Below, in pieces: positions 1 through 12,173 of a stretch of DNA of 64,000 nt; position 1 is the stretch's first letter, and each line of letters starts with the position of its first letter. The notes below the pieces were generated by a model. That model was not told the DNA's origin and did not search any database. It saw nothing but the letters and a program-made list of their open reading frames with translations. Source of the stretch: Schizosaccharomyces osmophilus (lineage: Eukaryota); the NCBI RefSeq assembly GCF_027921745.1, contig NC_079239.1, positions 3,410,001-3,474,000 of the forward strand, in the 5' to 3' direction. A program made the position numbers and the translations under genes.

Positions 1-1020
1 CTTATGCTATTATCAATTTACTTTCCTTCTACTATTCTGATCGGGGTCCTTTTTTCGTTACTGGTGGGTCACAAATAGCTTTCTGGGGAATCTACAGCAT
101 TGGATTAATTTCTTCCACGGCACTTCGAATTCGTATGTAAATACTTAAAGTTCTCTCGAGAGAGTATGACTTCCTTATATGCTAACTTCAACCTTAGGAC
201 AGACGAAAGATGCCATTGTATTCGTTAAACACTGGTTACTGGGATGCTTTATGACAATTCTTTATTTTTTAATATTTATCTCATACCTCCAGGATCATAT
301 GTACTCTTTGGACCCTCCTAAACGTCCAGTCGACCTTCCTCGATGGATATGGATTATCATCGGTTTGGTTTTGTGTGGATCCATTGAATCACACGCATGT
401 AAGAAACCTAAAAGGTCAATTGAAATAGCTAATATCCAAAAAAAAAACTAGATTGTATAAAAAACTCTAACGATATTCTGGTTGCCGTTCTGATGACAAT
501 AACTTATGTGGTTCTTTTATGCCCCATGCCTCTGTTTCTGTCGCAGATGGGGTTATTATTTCCTTTAAAATGGCTAATTTCTTCCCCAAATTTTTTTGTC
601 CTTTCCTTGATGTCCTTTTGCGCTATCACATTATACCAAACTTGTAAGTGTTCGTCTTGTTTACAGTCGCTGACTTTTAGCTTCTTTCGAAATGGCTTTA
701 TACTGGAAGAAAAAATTTATTGTGGCTTGTTTAAAATCTTTTTGTTTTACTTCTTGTGTAGGCACTCCTGCTTTCATTTCAGCATTTACAAAGCATATGA
801 AGGGAACCGATAGCTTGCCAAAAGGATTTTGGTATGCCATGGCTGCTACTGCAGATGCTCTAGCAATCCTAGAGGCGAGTAAGGATGAATTTTTATAACA
901 ATTGTTATTTTTCTGACATTCATAGTGTACCCGGGTGCTTTATACAGAATATATCGTGGCATAAAAGATCCCCTTTGGAATTCTAAACCGACAAATGATG
1001 ACCCAACGGAAGAAGTCTGA
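1..1020 (+). CDS. 3' part of a multi-exon, multi-pass membrane protein; divergent wtf-family-like gene (5' end outside window)
   Basis: Exons <1-132, 198-398, 452-643, 681-878 and 926-1020 join in one open frame through four phase-1 GT..AG introns (GTATGT/GTAAGA/GTAAGT/GTAAGG donors, CTAAC/CTAAT/CTGAC branch points). The exons are hydrophobic and the protein ends ...NDDPTEEV*. The first exon's YAI..FY..WG+15 aa pattern matches exon 2 of the wtf genes in this window. Confidence 0.65.
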
Positions 1021-1609
1021 GCTATTCTAACGTCGCTTTGGGATGGAAAGGTAAAAGATCGAAGAATACCCATCACCACCGCTTGCTAATTGTTGATCCA
1101 TTGGAATTTATACTTCTACATATTCTACTCGTTACAATGGGTCTTGATGACTTTTGATAACTTTGATATATTTATATTCTTAGAACTTGATAAAAAAAAT
1201 AAAAAAGGAGCAAAATAATCAACTACGTTTCTCTACTATTTGGTAGAGACACTAGCTAATTCGTGTCAACACAAGCAATGGCCATCCATACCTTTATGAA
1301 GAAATTAGATTATTACTATACATATATTAAGTGCCGAATCCACTCCTGGCAAACGTATGCTCTAAAGGTATTAAAATAATTATTTCTTTTTTATTTTTTA
1401 TTTCTTATTTTTTATTTTTTTTTTTTTACTGTTTTGTTCATATGATTGTTTTTATGTAATTACGTGTAGGATCAACTGAAAAGAAAACTTTCGAAGTCGT
1501 TTACATCAAAACATTACTCCTTCATGACGTTCAGGCATCGGATCGTGTACATACAAATGGAACAGAAATACGCTTGGGAGAAACAAACATCTTTACCTGC
1601 TACAATACC

Positions 1610-2590
1610 ATGCCAGGAGCTTCGCAAATATTCACCCGGGTTAACCTCCCGCCGAAGGTTGAACGCGCGAAAAAAGACCCCGAATTAACAGAATGGATGT
1701 CTCGTCATGGTCCTGTTTTAGGCTCGCATCAACCACTGACAGTTCAAAGAAGCGAACACGACGCTTTTATTACCAAAAGCCCATACAATATTGGAAAAAT
1801 TGAGCATACAGCGCTTAATGGACCTCACGGCACAATCCCTGTCAGAGTTTACCATGCTTCGAAGCGCGGTCCTGCTCATGGAGCAGCATTGATTTATTTA
1901 CACGGAGGAGGCTATACAGTCGGCACACTTGATCAGTTCGACAATGCCATGAGAATTTTTTCAGAAGTTAGCGGCTGTCAAGTGTATAACGTCGATTACA
2001 AGCTTGCGCCAGAATACAAGTGGCCTACTCAAATGAATGAGGGCGAGTTTGTTGTCAGATGGCTTTTCGAAAATGCAAAAGAGAGAGGTGTAGACGCAAA
2101 GCGTATTGCTATAGGAGGCGATTCTGCTGGAGGAAACATGACTTGTTCCATTACACAAAAGCTGCGCGACGAAGGTGGGCCGCAAGTCGCGTTACAAATA
2201 CCAATATACCCCGAGACAAAAATGCCGTTTGAGACAAAAGCTGCTGTGGAGAACAGAGTAGGAGAATATGTAGAAACAGCGGGTGTTTTCAGCTTTTTAT
2301 GGAATTTGCTGCCACCCTCTGTAGATTATACCCAACCTTACGTGACACCTCTTAATGCGAAAGACTTTAGCAACTTACCAAGAGCGTTGGTGATAAATGA
2401 CGGATTTGATATGCTACGCGACGTTGCCCACGAGTACGCTCGCAAATTAGCAGCTGCTGGAAATGATTTAGTTTATATCTACAACGATGATCTTCCTCAT
2501 GGGTTCATTCAAATGGCCCCCTTTGCCGGTCGATGTTTAGAAGCTACCGAGGAGATTGCCAATTACATTGGAAAACTCCTGAAGGCATGA
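1610..2590 (+). CDS. alpha/beta-hydrolase (HSL/Abhydrolase_3) esterase/lipase
   Basis: HGGG oxyanion motif, GDSAG nucleophile elbow, DMLRD and HGF catalytic Asp/His. First ATG is at 1610, but the frame is open back to ~1460, so a spliced 5' extension is possible. Confidence 0.9.
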   Translation: MPGASQIFTRVNLPPKVERAKKDPELTEWMSRHGPVLGSHQPLTVQRSEHDAFITKSPYNIGKIEHTALNGPHGTIPVRVYHASKRGPAHGAALIYLHGGGYTVGTLDQFDNAMRIFSEVSGCQVYNVDYKLAPEYKWPTQMNEGEFVVRWLFENAKERGVDAKRIAIGGDSAGGNMTCSITQKLRDEGGPQVALQIPIYPETKMPFETKAAVENRVGEYVETAGVFSFLWNLLPPSVDYTQPYVTPLNAKDFSNLPRALVINDGFDMLRDVAHEYARKLAAAGNDLVYIYNDDLPHGFIQMAPFAGRCLEATEEIANYIGKLLKA

Positions 2591-3191
2591 ATTCGTTATG
2601 ATCCTGACAATATGCTACATATATAATTATACTCTTTGGATTTTAATTTCCTAGAGTCTGTTAATGAGATATTCTTGTGCTCTAAATGTTGATAAACGAT
2701 CAAATAGGCATGAATCATAAAGTATTATTTTTTTGTTTGTAGCGAATTGGATGTGTTCTAAGAAGACTTTGGGTGTGCAGGATTCTCTAATGACTTTCTT
2801 AATGAACTATTATTCTACACAAGTGTAGCTAAGATTTCGATTCGATCTCTCACTCTTTCCACGTAATATTCAATACACTGGTGGTTAAATACGGTACATA
2901 TGAAAGAGTTGGACTGCAATGTGAATGTTCCATTGGACCGATTTACAAGGCGTCTACATGAATTCCTAGGCTACAGTTTGGCAAACGCGAGATAAAATTA
3001 ACAAAACAAAAAAGCGACTTTTTATTTTTTAGAAACTATAGAGGGATACTTCAAAGAAGGGAGGCCGATGAAAGCCTTTTCTCTCATAAATATCACAAAA
3101 TCGTTAAACAACATATACGAATTGAATCGCAAATAAAAGGAATGTTTGTAGGGTACCACGTGGAAGGAAGAGTGGGACTTCTCTAGAACTT

Positions 3192-4235
3192 TTAATGCTT
3201 GTTTATGTAATCAACATATTTTTGGATTTCTCCTTTACTGCCAAGCCAAATGGAACTTTGTTCATGAATATGTTCAGGAGTTAAATCGAGGATTCTTTCA
3301 CCCTTGTCATTAACGGCCAATCCATTGGCTTGTTCGCATAAAAAGGCCATTGGGAAACATTCATACAACAAACGAAGCTTGCCTTTGCCGCGAGAACAAG
3401 GATAGCAAAATAGACCTCCGTAGAGCATAGTACGATGGACGTCAGCAACCATGGATCCGATATATCTGGCAGCATAGGGTTTTCCACCTTCTGGAGCCAC
3501 CTTCAAGCTGTGAATAAAGTCTGCAATCTTTGGAGGCCAATACAAAGTGTTTCCCTCGTTGATAGAGTAGATGTTTTTAAAATGCGGCATGGACAAATTT
3601 CGATGAGTTAAAATGAATTCACCAAGGTTGCTGTCCAAAGTGAAACCATTGACTTTATGTCCGGTGGTCAACAAAAGGTGAGCAGATGCGCCATACATGG
3701 TATAGCCAGCAGCTACCATTTCGTTTCCTGAACGCAAGACATCTTTAAGGGAGCCATTACTGCCAGGATGAATCTTGTAGATACCAAAGATGGTACCAAC
3801 ACTGACACCAGCATCGATGTTGGAAGAACCATCGATGGGATCACAAGTGATGGCATAAGATCCACTGCTGTCGACGAGAATTTCTTTTTCTTCTTCTTCA
3901 CTAACAATGACTCGAATACAGCCATTGGTCTTCATGGCCTGAATAAAGATGTCGTTGCAAATACTGTCCAATTGCTTTTGTTCATCACCAGTCGAATTGA
4001 TAACACCAGAGAGACCAATCAGGTTCACCAATTCGGCCTTACGGATATTGTTTGCGATGAATTTAAAGGCAAACTGAAGGCTGTTGAGTAAGAGAGATAA
4101 CTCACCACTGGCTTCTCGGATGATACTACTACCCTGATCATGGTATTTGCTGTTGTATCGTCTTTGCTCTTGAAGGATAAAGCTCGAAAGGGTGACAATG
4201 TCAGTGCGAGTGCCGTCAATTTCTTCTCTCACCAT
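3192..4235 (-). CDS. fbp1: fructose-1,6-bisphosphatase (class I)
   Basis: 347 aa. DPIDGSSN, SEEE, RYIGSMVADVHR and GKLRLLYE FBPase motifs. Confidence 0.97.
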   Translation of the reverse strand: MVREEIDGTRTDIVTLSSFILQEQRRYNSKYHDQGSSIIREASGELSLLLNSLQFAFKFIANNIRKAELVNLIGLSGVINSTGDEQKQLDSICNDIFIQAMKTNGCIRVIVSEEEEKEILVDSSGSYAITCDPIDGSSNIDAGVSVGTIFGIYKIHPGSNGSLKDVLRSGNEMVAAGYTMYGASAHLLLTTGHKVNGFTLDSNLGEFILTHRNLSMPHFKNIYSINEGNTLYWPPKIADFIHSLKVAPEGGKPYAARYIGSMVADVHRTMLYGGLFCYPCSRGKGKLRLLYECFPMAFLCEQANGLAVNDKGERILDLTPEHIHEQSSIWLGSKGEIQKYVDYINKH

Positions 4236-4851
4236 ATTGATGGTGATGGTTTCTTTCAGTAATGTTTCGTAAATTAATCGAGTTTAGTTGTAACAATTGC
4301 AAAATGAATGCAAATCGGAAAAGTTGTTTCCAAGAGAATGAATAGATATGTGTAGAGTATAGAAGAACAGGACCTGGGGAGCAAGCCCAATTTATATGTT
4401 TCAAAAGTCCCGCATTTGTGCATGTAAACAATCCACCTAAGACACACCTCACCTCTCTGACCCAACTCTTCCAAACACATCTATTGGTGCAAAATAAATT
4501 TAGCTCAACAAAAATGATTTAACCATGATGCTTTTTCATCGCCATTGGATCCTCATATTCGTACACTGAGCCTAGATGGGGCGCTTTCCCTTTCTATCCA
4601 ATGGATCGACTCTTAACTTTAACTTGTTTAACCTATCTTCTTACCTTAAAAGGACTACGTACAACTTTCGTCAATTTTTGGATCGTGGATTTGGAAGAGA
4701 ATAGGAAGAAAAGAGCCCATTTTCTATAGAAAAATGGGGATTTTTTTTGGTTTTTTTTTTCCTTTGGATCGTTCTCTTTAGCACTGACTGTTGCATTCTT
4801 TTCGCGAGGTTTATTGTCCTTCTTCATAGTTAAGTCATGTAAATAAACCAC

Positions 4852-4912
4852 TTACGTCACGTCGCGTTGATAGTGTGGAGATAAAGTGGCGCTTAGAAGG
4901 GATACGACGTCA
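4852..4912. promoter_or_regulatory. CRE-like (Atf1/Pcr1-type) sites upstream of fbp1
   Basis: TTACGTCA at 4852-4859 and ACGTCA at 4907-4912 lie in the 1.25 kb fbp1 upstream region. SYGGRG boxes are nearby, with TATAAA on the minus strand at 4391-4396. S. pombe fbp1 UAS1 is a CRE site. Confidence 0.55.
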
Positions 4913-5483
4913 AAAGCATAATCCAAATTTGAAAGTCAAGTCGAAACCATTGTCCAGAACGAGAGGCAAAGGTCAGAAGAACAGTACAAGCGGTCTCTCT
5001 CGTTATGTTCGTTGTTGGTCTCGTCTTTTCTTGACTTTCCTTGATGGAACCTTGGATGTTCTACGAAAAGTGGCAGCAGGGTTTGTTTATTTACTAATGA
5101 GCTGCGCTGGGCTTTGGTATTCCTTCGAGACCTTTTGTTGTAGAATGGGGCGGCGAGGAACGTGTGGGGGTAGAACCGCAAAGGAGTGACAGTGCAAGAG
5201 GGTACTGGCGTTTTCTTTAACGTGACAAGCTTCAGTACTGTAGTAAACAAATAAATGGAGGATGTGATACAGCTGGTTGCTGAAAAACAGAGCCTAGTTT
5301 GGAAAGTACAGTACATACTGAAGAGATTGTGAATTTTTACTTTTTATAGAATGGAACAGAGTACAGCAAAGCCTTTCATCATCTTGATCACTTTTTTTTT
5401 TTTTTTTTTTTTTTTTTTTAGTATCATACCATATCAGCGAAACAAATATTGAATGAGAATGAGAAACGAATAGCTATTTAATT

Positions 5484-6398
5484 TTAAATAGAAACAGAGC
5501 CAGCTATGCATGTTGTAGCAGAACCACCTACTTTGACTGTCGATAGACCATTCGAATTCGTAAAAGTCACTACGCTTAAATTTGCTTGGCGGCCTACTTT
5601 ACATCCTTGAGAGATGCTTAGCTTTCCATCAAAACCATTTCCTAGAGTCTTGCTTTCGTTGCTCAAGAGGGAAACGTACATCCCACATGCGGCGGCTCCA
5701 CTACCACAGGCAGGATCTTCAAGGACGCCAATTGCTGGAGCAAAGGCTCTGGCTTCGACATGTTTATCATGATGCTTTCCAAATACGTAAATTCCCGTAT
5801 ATCCATATTGTTTAGAAAGCTTGGCCATTGTGCTGTAGTCGGGATTCAAGTCGAGAACCTGATTAGCAGAATCAAGTTCAATGGTAAGCCATTTCGGACC
5901 AGCATCCATCAACAATGGGTTCCATTTTCCCCTTTCTTGAACTTGATTGTCGACATCAAACAGACAGTTTACTATACCTATAGCTGCTTCATCAGAAACT
6001 TCAGAAGATGTAACGTTTGGTAATTCGAAAGCATATTCAACATCGTCATTCTCTCCTCGAGTTACATTTATGGGAACGAGACCGGCTCCACATTCTTGTA
6101 CAACTCTTCCATTTTTCGGTAGACAAATACCGCTTTCGATGACAGCATGACATGAACCGATCGTAGGATGTCCTGCAAAAGGCAATTCGTTTCCTGGCGT
6201 AAAGATACGAAGTTTGTAATCAGCTTCAGGAACAGTCGGTTTGAGCACGAATGTAGTCTCGGAGAGATTCGTCCATACAGCAAACTTTTGCATTTGTTCT
6301 GACGATAAATCGTCCGCGTTGAAAACAACTGCTACTGGATTTCCGTTGAATCCACCTTTCGAAAATACATCAACTTGCTTGAAAGGATGAGCTGACAT
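5484..6398 (-). CDS. aes1: PhzF/phenazine biosynthesis-like epimerase family protein (Aes1-like)
   Basis: QVDVF..GNPVAV, NLSETTF, RIFTP..ELPFAGHPT and EDPACGS PhzF motifs. ATG at 6398 (MSAHPF). Confidence 0.85.
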   Translation of the reverse strand: MSAHPFKQVDVFSKGGFNGNPVAVVFNADDLSSEQMQKFAVWTNLSETTFVLKPTVPEADYKLRIFTPGNELPFAGHPTIGSCHAVIESGICLPKNGRVVQECGAGLVPINVTRGENDDVEYAFELPNVTSSEVSDEAAIGIVNCLFDVDNQVQERGKWNPLLMDAGPKWLTIELDSANQVLDLNPDYSTMAKLSKQYGYTGIYVFGKHHDKHVEARAFAPAIGVLEDPACGSGAAACGMYVSLLSNESKTLGNGFDGKLSISQGCKVGRQANLSVVTFTNSNGLSTVKVGGSATTCIAGSVSI

Positions 6399-7932
6399 CT
6401 TTAAAGCGAACACGAACGGTTATAGTCTTTGTCAAGGAGTGGTGGAATGCTTGATAATTTTTTTGCCAAACGCTCTCCACCAAACTTATAGATGTTATAG
6501 TGATTATTTCAGCGATCAAAAAATGATAATGATTCACTCAATTCTATTTTGTTTCCATTTTTTTGCTATTGTTGAAATTGTTGGAAGTTTGTCCTTGGCC
6601 TCAGTTGAAGTCATTTTGTCAAAGTCCTCTGGTATGGTAGTATCGGTAGTGACATATGAAAAGGTATACGTTCAATCTTTTCTATTTTCAGTACCGCTCT
6701 AAATAAAAAAATAAAAAAATAAAAAAATAAAAAAAAATCTTTAAGAGTATATAGACGTTTTTTTTTTTTTTTTTGAAAATTCTCTCTTGAATCGTTTCCA
6801 CGTATATATAGTTGTTTTTTTGCTCATTGTAGACATTTCAGATTCATAGATTTCTTGGTTTCTGCTTTAATTCAAATTACAAACAACCTTTGTAGCATTA
6901 CAACCATGTTCAAAGAATTTGCTGCTCTGTATGTCTCAATATATTCATTCTTTCGTTACTCGTGAATCCGCTCTAAAACAATGATATACCAGCTATTCTA
7001 TGAATAGCAAGAGCCAGTGAACACATCCAACCAAGAATTCTTTAGCAGATTGTCGTACTACTGAACATGAATGCTGCGTTGGAAACCGGATGGGAGAAAC
7101 TCCTGCACTTTCTTTAAACGCATGATACTGGGTTCAATGCAAGTAGCACATTCGAGTTGACGAAGGAATTCGAAACAAGGCATGAAAGAAAACATCTTTG
7201 ACGATACGGTTGGCAGTGCCACCCACTGAGATCCCACCTAATTAACAGATTCATGGCACGAAATCAATCAAATATATATCATATATAGTTATTGACTGGA
7301 CCATTGATTTTCAGAAGGAACCCTTGATGTGATACTTCCTAGAGTAGGAGAAATTCATTTTCATGATTGATCAGAAGGGAATCAAGCTTCTGCCACAAAG
7401 TCAAGCAAGAACATGAATGTGTAGCTATAGCTATGCTAGTCAATATATGACTCGCTATTGATCTTTTTACCGCGACTATATAGCCATCTCCTCATGCAGT
7501 CTTCACTCCAAAGTTGTCCAATACTAAAAAACTAGGCCTACTCGTTGAAGCAAGACGATTTGTGGCCATAACGTATCAGACATATTTTCTTTCCTGGCGA
7601 ACCGATTTGTTCATGAGCGTCGTCTTTCATTATTCGTCTGGGGCCTTTGCTTGGCCCTTTGTAATCATTTTTACGGAAGTTTTATACTAAAGAAGAATCT
7701 ATTTATACTCCATTCCTTTCTCATGTACAATGGTTCTTATTTCAGAATATGTACAATATTTCATAAACTATGTACGAGTAATTGTGATCATAAACTTTTT
7801 CATTACTATCGAGAGCAATACCGAATAACATTTTGGAAGGCATCATGAAACACTAATCTCCAACAATTCCCTTCAACTTTCACTTGACCAGCATGCATAC
7901 AGTTGATCTACAGAGTAGCTGATCAGCACAAA

Positions 7933-9702
7933 CTATTTGGCCGAATCCAATGTTTGATAAGCAATTTTAGCAAGAATACCCATTCGCTCTTCTACATCGT
8001 AATCCTGAAACGACTCTGCTTTTTTTACCAAGCGCCTGACTTCCAATTCTGCCTCCATTCCATATTCAAACCAATTGGAAGCCGCAAGTTCGTAATGTGC
8101 GTATGGAAAAATCCAAAAATCCTTATCGTCGCCCAACAAAGAAGCTTGGTTCAGCAGCAGTATTCTACTCAAGCGGGCATTCGACGATTTATAATTCTTC
8201 TGCATTCTCTCGATAACTGCAAGTAAAAAATCTTGCAAAGCGATATCATCTTCATCGTGGCATGCACTTTCCAGTAGATCCTGTTTGTAGTCTTCATTAT
8301 ACCTTTTGAATCCCAAAGTGCAAACCACAAAGGCATACAAAAATTGTAGATACGGAGGAACTGTTATTACTTGGTGTAACGGCTTATTTTCTGCTTTGGC
8401 TTTTTTCTCCCATTTCAGAACTTTACGAATCGAAAACTTTTCCATCGGCAGCAAACGTTTACTTTCTTTTTCTTGTAAGGAAGATAAAGATTTTACCAAT
8501 AGATCTACGCCATCTTGCACGAAAGCGTTGTACTCGTTCGGGTCTGCATTTTTAATTTTCTCCAACTCTTTTGCGTGTTGGAGCATGCAACAACCGGCAA
8601 AATACCAGTGCAATCCCCGAAACCAAGAATTCATTTCCTGTAAAATCAAGAATTGTTTTGCGGCACTTTTAAAATCGCGGACACAGACACAAGCCATTGC
8701 CATATCAAAGCCCTGTAAATTTATAAGCTGTTCGCTTGTAGTAGTTACCGTTTGATTCCCAATCTTAATGGCCTTTTCTGGGTTACCTGTTAGTAATGAA
8801 ATCTTAAGTTCCATAAATTGCCATAACAGACTCTTCCTATATCGCGTTTTGAAATTTTGAATATGGCTTTCAAGTCGACTCAGTTCAGAATCATAATGAA
8901 CAGTTGAAATACTTGCGATGGGCTGTATCATTCCATAAAAAGTAAAAAGTGTAATAAGAGAAGCAGCACCAAGTACATTATTGTACATTGATGATTTCCA
9001 CAACCCCTCAATAGCTTGCTTTCTGTTTGGGTTAAAGCATATAAATGAAATGATTTTAGAATAAGAAGATGGAAACATTGACACTAGAAAATTCAAAACA
9101 CCATATCCAGCCATAGCTCCAGACTCCACGATTTCATCTAGAAACGCATCACTGCTATTATTCACAGCTCTTATGCCGGAAGCTTTTTCTTTTTGAACTT
9201 TTTCTACATCTTCAAGCAGCTTGGAAAAGGAATTGTGTGTTGTGCGCAATCGATAGGTCGCTTTCATTGACTCCATAAGTGATCCAGACATAAATCCCAA
9301 AATGGTATCCATCAACAAAAACAACGAATTAAAAACTTGGATTTCTGACCCTGGAGGATAGCTACCATAATTTTCGGTTGAACTTTCAACTGTTTTCCGG
9401 AAATCTTCAAATTGATGTTCAGAACGTTCAATCATATCTCGGGCTACGTGGACTACCTGGGGATCGAGCTCTAAAAGAGCAATATAAAAACACTGCGTAG
9501 ATTTTAAAGCGTCCATTTCTAAAGAGTTTTCCTCTAACTTTGGTTTAAGACTCTCACAGTCATCATTGATAACACTATCGAAATCGATCATCACCTTCTT
9601 GAGCAAGCCCATGTATTCTTCTCTTCCAACTTCATTTTTCAATGGTTTTTCTTTTTTCGATGGAAGTTCGGGAACCGGGACAAATTTTCCAAAATTGACC
9701 AT
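7933..9702 (-). CDS. Iml2/TTC39 (DUF3808) family TPR-like protein
   Basis: 589 aa helical ORF. GFMSGSLMESMKATYRLR, GYGVLNFLVSMFP and C-terminal PYAHYELA motifs are typical of Iml2/TTC39. Confidence 0.75.
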   Translation of the reverse strand: MVNFGKFVPVPELPSKKEKPLKNEVGREEYMGLLKKVMIDFDSVINDDCESLKPKLEENSLEMDALKSTQCFYIALLELDPQVVHVARDMIERSEHQFEDFRKTVESSTENYGSYPPGSEIQVFNSLFLLMDTILGFMSGSLMESMKATYRLRTTHNSFSKLLEDVEKVQKEKASGIRAVNNSSDAFLDEIVESGAMAGYGVLNFLVSMFPSSYSKIISFICFNPNRKQAIEGLWKSSMYNNVLGAASLITLFTFYGMIQPIASISTVHYDSELSRLESHIQNFKTRYRKSLLWQFMELKISLLTGNPEKAIKIGNQTVTTTSEQLINLQGFDMAMACVCVRDFKSAAKQFLILQEMNSWFRGLHWYFAGCCMLQHAKELEKIKNADPNEYNAFVQDGVDLLVKSLSSLQEKESKRLLPMEKFSIRKVLKWEKKAKAENKPLHQVITVPPYLQFLYAFVVCTLGFKRYNEDYKQDLLESACHDEDDIALQDFLLAVIERMQKNYKSSNARLSRILLLNQASLLGDDKDFWIFPYAHYELAASNWFEYGMEAELEVRRLVKKAESFQDYDVEERMGILAKIAYQTLDSAK

Positions 9703-11156
9703 CGGAAAACTTCAACGTATACACAAGCAAAACAAAAATGGTTAAAAACGTGTAGTTTTTCAGATTTCCAAGATCCTTTTCCTTGGTTTTTAATGAATCA
9801 ATGGATTACAAAAGTCTCCTCTGTTCGTTATCCTACCAATTGACCTTTGTGGTTTCTAACGTTAGCTATATTCCAATGTTTGATTCCAAATGGTCCTGGT
9901 TTCTTTTTGATATTTGTAAACATTGACATTTCGTTGACTTTATATCAGAAGGCTGTCTTCCTACCCTACGTATGAATTCATCATCATAAATAAAGATTGC
10001 AGCGCAGTGGGGATTCTACGTAAACACATTCGAGGAAACCATTTCCATACTTTGGTAGAGTCTATGTGATCTTATTTGCATTTTTCTTGCTTGCCACCGT
10101 TTTTGCCCGAGTCTTGCTTGAAACGACAGAAATAAAGATATTATCTGCTTGCCGTACTCAGGCATCAATTTTTTTTTCGAGTTTCGTGATGGTGGATGAA
10201 GGCATAAAAAGGACGAGAGAGAAGGGTAAGAACCCTGGATTCGTCGTGCCTTAAAGTCATGGTCTGCTAAAGGAGAAAAATGGTTTTGAGAAGTGTTCCA
10301 TCCGGGTGTGTTTCGACTTTGTTTTGTATCACTCCCAAATCATAACTGGATCATTTGCAAAACTCTCCTGCAAAGTAAATTTTGTTAAGGATGATATTTC
10401 ATGTGTTTTTGATGGTTTTATGTATTTTCTGTTCGTCTATCGCAAATAAGATTTCTTTAAGCGAATGATTTAAAAGGTAATGTGGTATGCCCGAATCCAA
10501 GCGCAATATCCAATTCAGAATTGCAGGAACGGCTTGGTAAAAGGTTATGCTTTTTTTGTTTTCTTTGTAAATTGATTGCTTATAAAATTATATACCACGC
10601 CTGTTGAATGAAGCAATATGGTAATGACGATTCGGACATTTGACAAACTATGGAAGGCTTGCTCTACTTGGTTGGGACTTGGCTAGAGTATATACAGATG
10701 GAATGGAATGAAAAGAATCGTTGCAGGATCATTCACAGACTTAGGAAGGAACTGAGTCACATAGCAAAGGTGCAGATGCTGATGCCGACAGGAAACCACT
10801 CGGTGATGTACAACCAAAAAAAAATCGCCCGGAAGTTTCAACAAAAGAAACCAAAAACATACATATAAATACAAAAATACAAAACAAAAAAGCTACAATT
10901 TTTACACAAAAAGGAAATTTTGACCGCTTTCGCTCACCATTGCGTATTCCTTGGCAGTCCAATGTGACTTCAAGTAACGGATGACAACCGGGAAGCAACT
11001 ACACCCTCCACACGAAAAACCTTCTTCACCTATCCCTTACGGCCAGGGCAAAAGTAAAAATCTTATTCTTCAGAACCAGGTAATTTGGCAACTACATCTT
11101 TGTTGTGAATGTACTATTTATTTTTCTATTAAAAAGTGATTGATTTATTTGTTAAG

Positions 11157-12173
11157 ATGGTTTCAAGTGTTTGGTTATCTAAAAAGCTGCTTTTCATTGT
11201 TGCCGCTGCTATTATCACCGGTGTCTTCTTATTTTTCAACAATTTGTACAAGATTGATCTTTCTTTACTCAATTTCCCATCTCCTCTCATTTCAAATGAC
11301 TTAAATTGTTCTGCACCGTCTAATTATGTTAGACCTCCGCCGAGAATCGCACCAGCGGACAAGAACTCGTATGGGCAAGCTACAACCCTTCATAAAGCTT
11401 TCATTGATGAAGATGACACTCAAGAAATTAAATCGCATGAAATTGTTTTGCTTCTAGGAAGCAATGGAAACACGGGCTCCTTTGACCCTTCCATCATGGA
11501 TGATGTTTTCGCCAATCGTCTTCGATATGTCAAAGAGCACAATTACAACTTTGAGTTTGTCAATTTCACCGGTATCAACATGCCCGCTGTTTGGGGCAAG
11601 ATGCCAAGCGTGATTCAAATGATGGAGAAGTATCCGAATGCTAAATGGATTTGGTGGTTGGACCAAGATGCTTTGATCATGAATAACAATCAGTCTTTAC
11701 AAAATTTGTTTTTGTCTACCGAAAAACTCAAGTCTTCTTTGTTGACTGATCAACCATTATGGAGTCAGATCATAACTCAGGACAAAAGACGTACTCCCTC
11801 AATTTATAGTGATGAGATGATTGAAAACATTGAGTATTTGATTTCTGAGGACCACAATGGTGTAAATGCTGGAAGCTTCCTCGTTAAAAATACGGAAACA
11901 ATGGCTCTGTTTATGGATTTACTGACAGAGCCTACTCTTGTCGATTATAAGGTCGTACGCCATGAGCAAGATCTTATTGGATTAATGATTCATCGCCATC
12001 CTCAGCTTGCCGCCAAGTTTGGTATCTTACCTCAAAGATATTTAAACGCCTATCCACATGCTCCTCCTGAGATGGAATATCATCCTGGTGACCTGTTGGT
12101 GCACTTTGCTGGATGCTGGGTTGAGAATAAGTGTATGACACTTTGGGAAGAATTCAAACAGAAATTGGAGTAA
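11157..12173 (+). CDS. alpha-1,2-galactosyltransferase, GT34 (Gma12/Gmh family)
   Basis: Type II membrane anchor. WGKMP, WIWWLDQDALI (DxD), NAGSFL, HEQD and LVHFAGC motifs. Confidence 0.92.
   Translation: MVSSVWLSKKLLFIVAAAIITGVFLFFNNLYKIDLSLLNFPSPLISNDLNCSAPSNYVRPPPRIAPADKNSYGQATTLHKAFIDEDDTQEIKSHEIVLLLGSNGNTGSFDPSIMDDVFANRLRYVKEHNYNFEFVNFTGINMPAVWGKMPSVIQMMEKYPNAKWIWWLDQDALIMNNNQSLQNLFLSTEKLKSSLLTDQPLWSQIITQDKRRTPSIYSDEMIENIEYLISEDHNGVNAGSFLVKNTETMALFMDLLTEPTLVDYKVVRHEQDLIGLMIHRHPQLAAKFGILPQRYLNAYPHAPPEMEYHPGDLLVHFAGCWVENKCMTLWEEFKQKLE

Noticed and set aside
6900..7700. Moderately GC-rich intergenic stretch suggesting a gene relic
   Set aside because: No sustained ORF or recognisable peptide in the frames examined.
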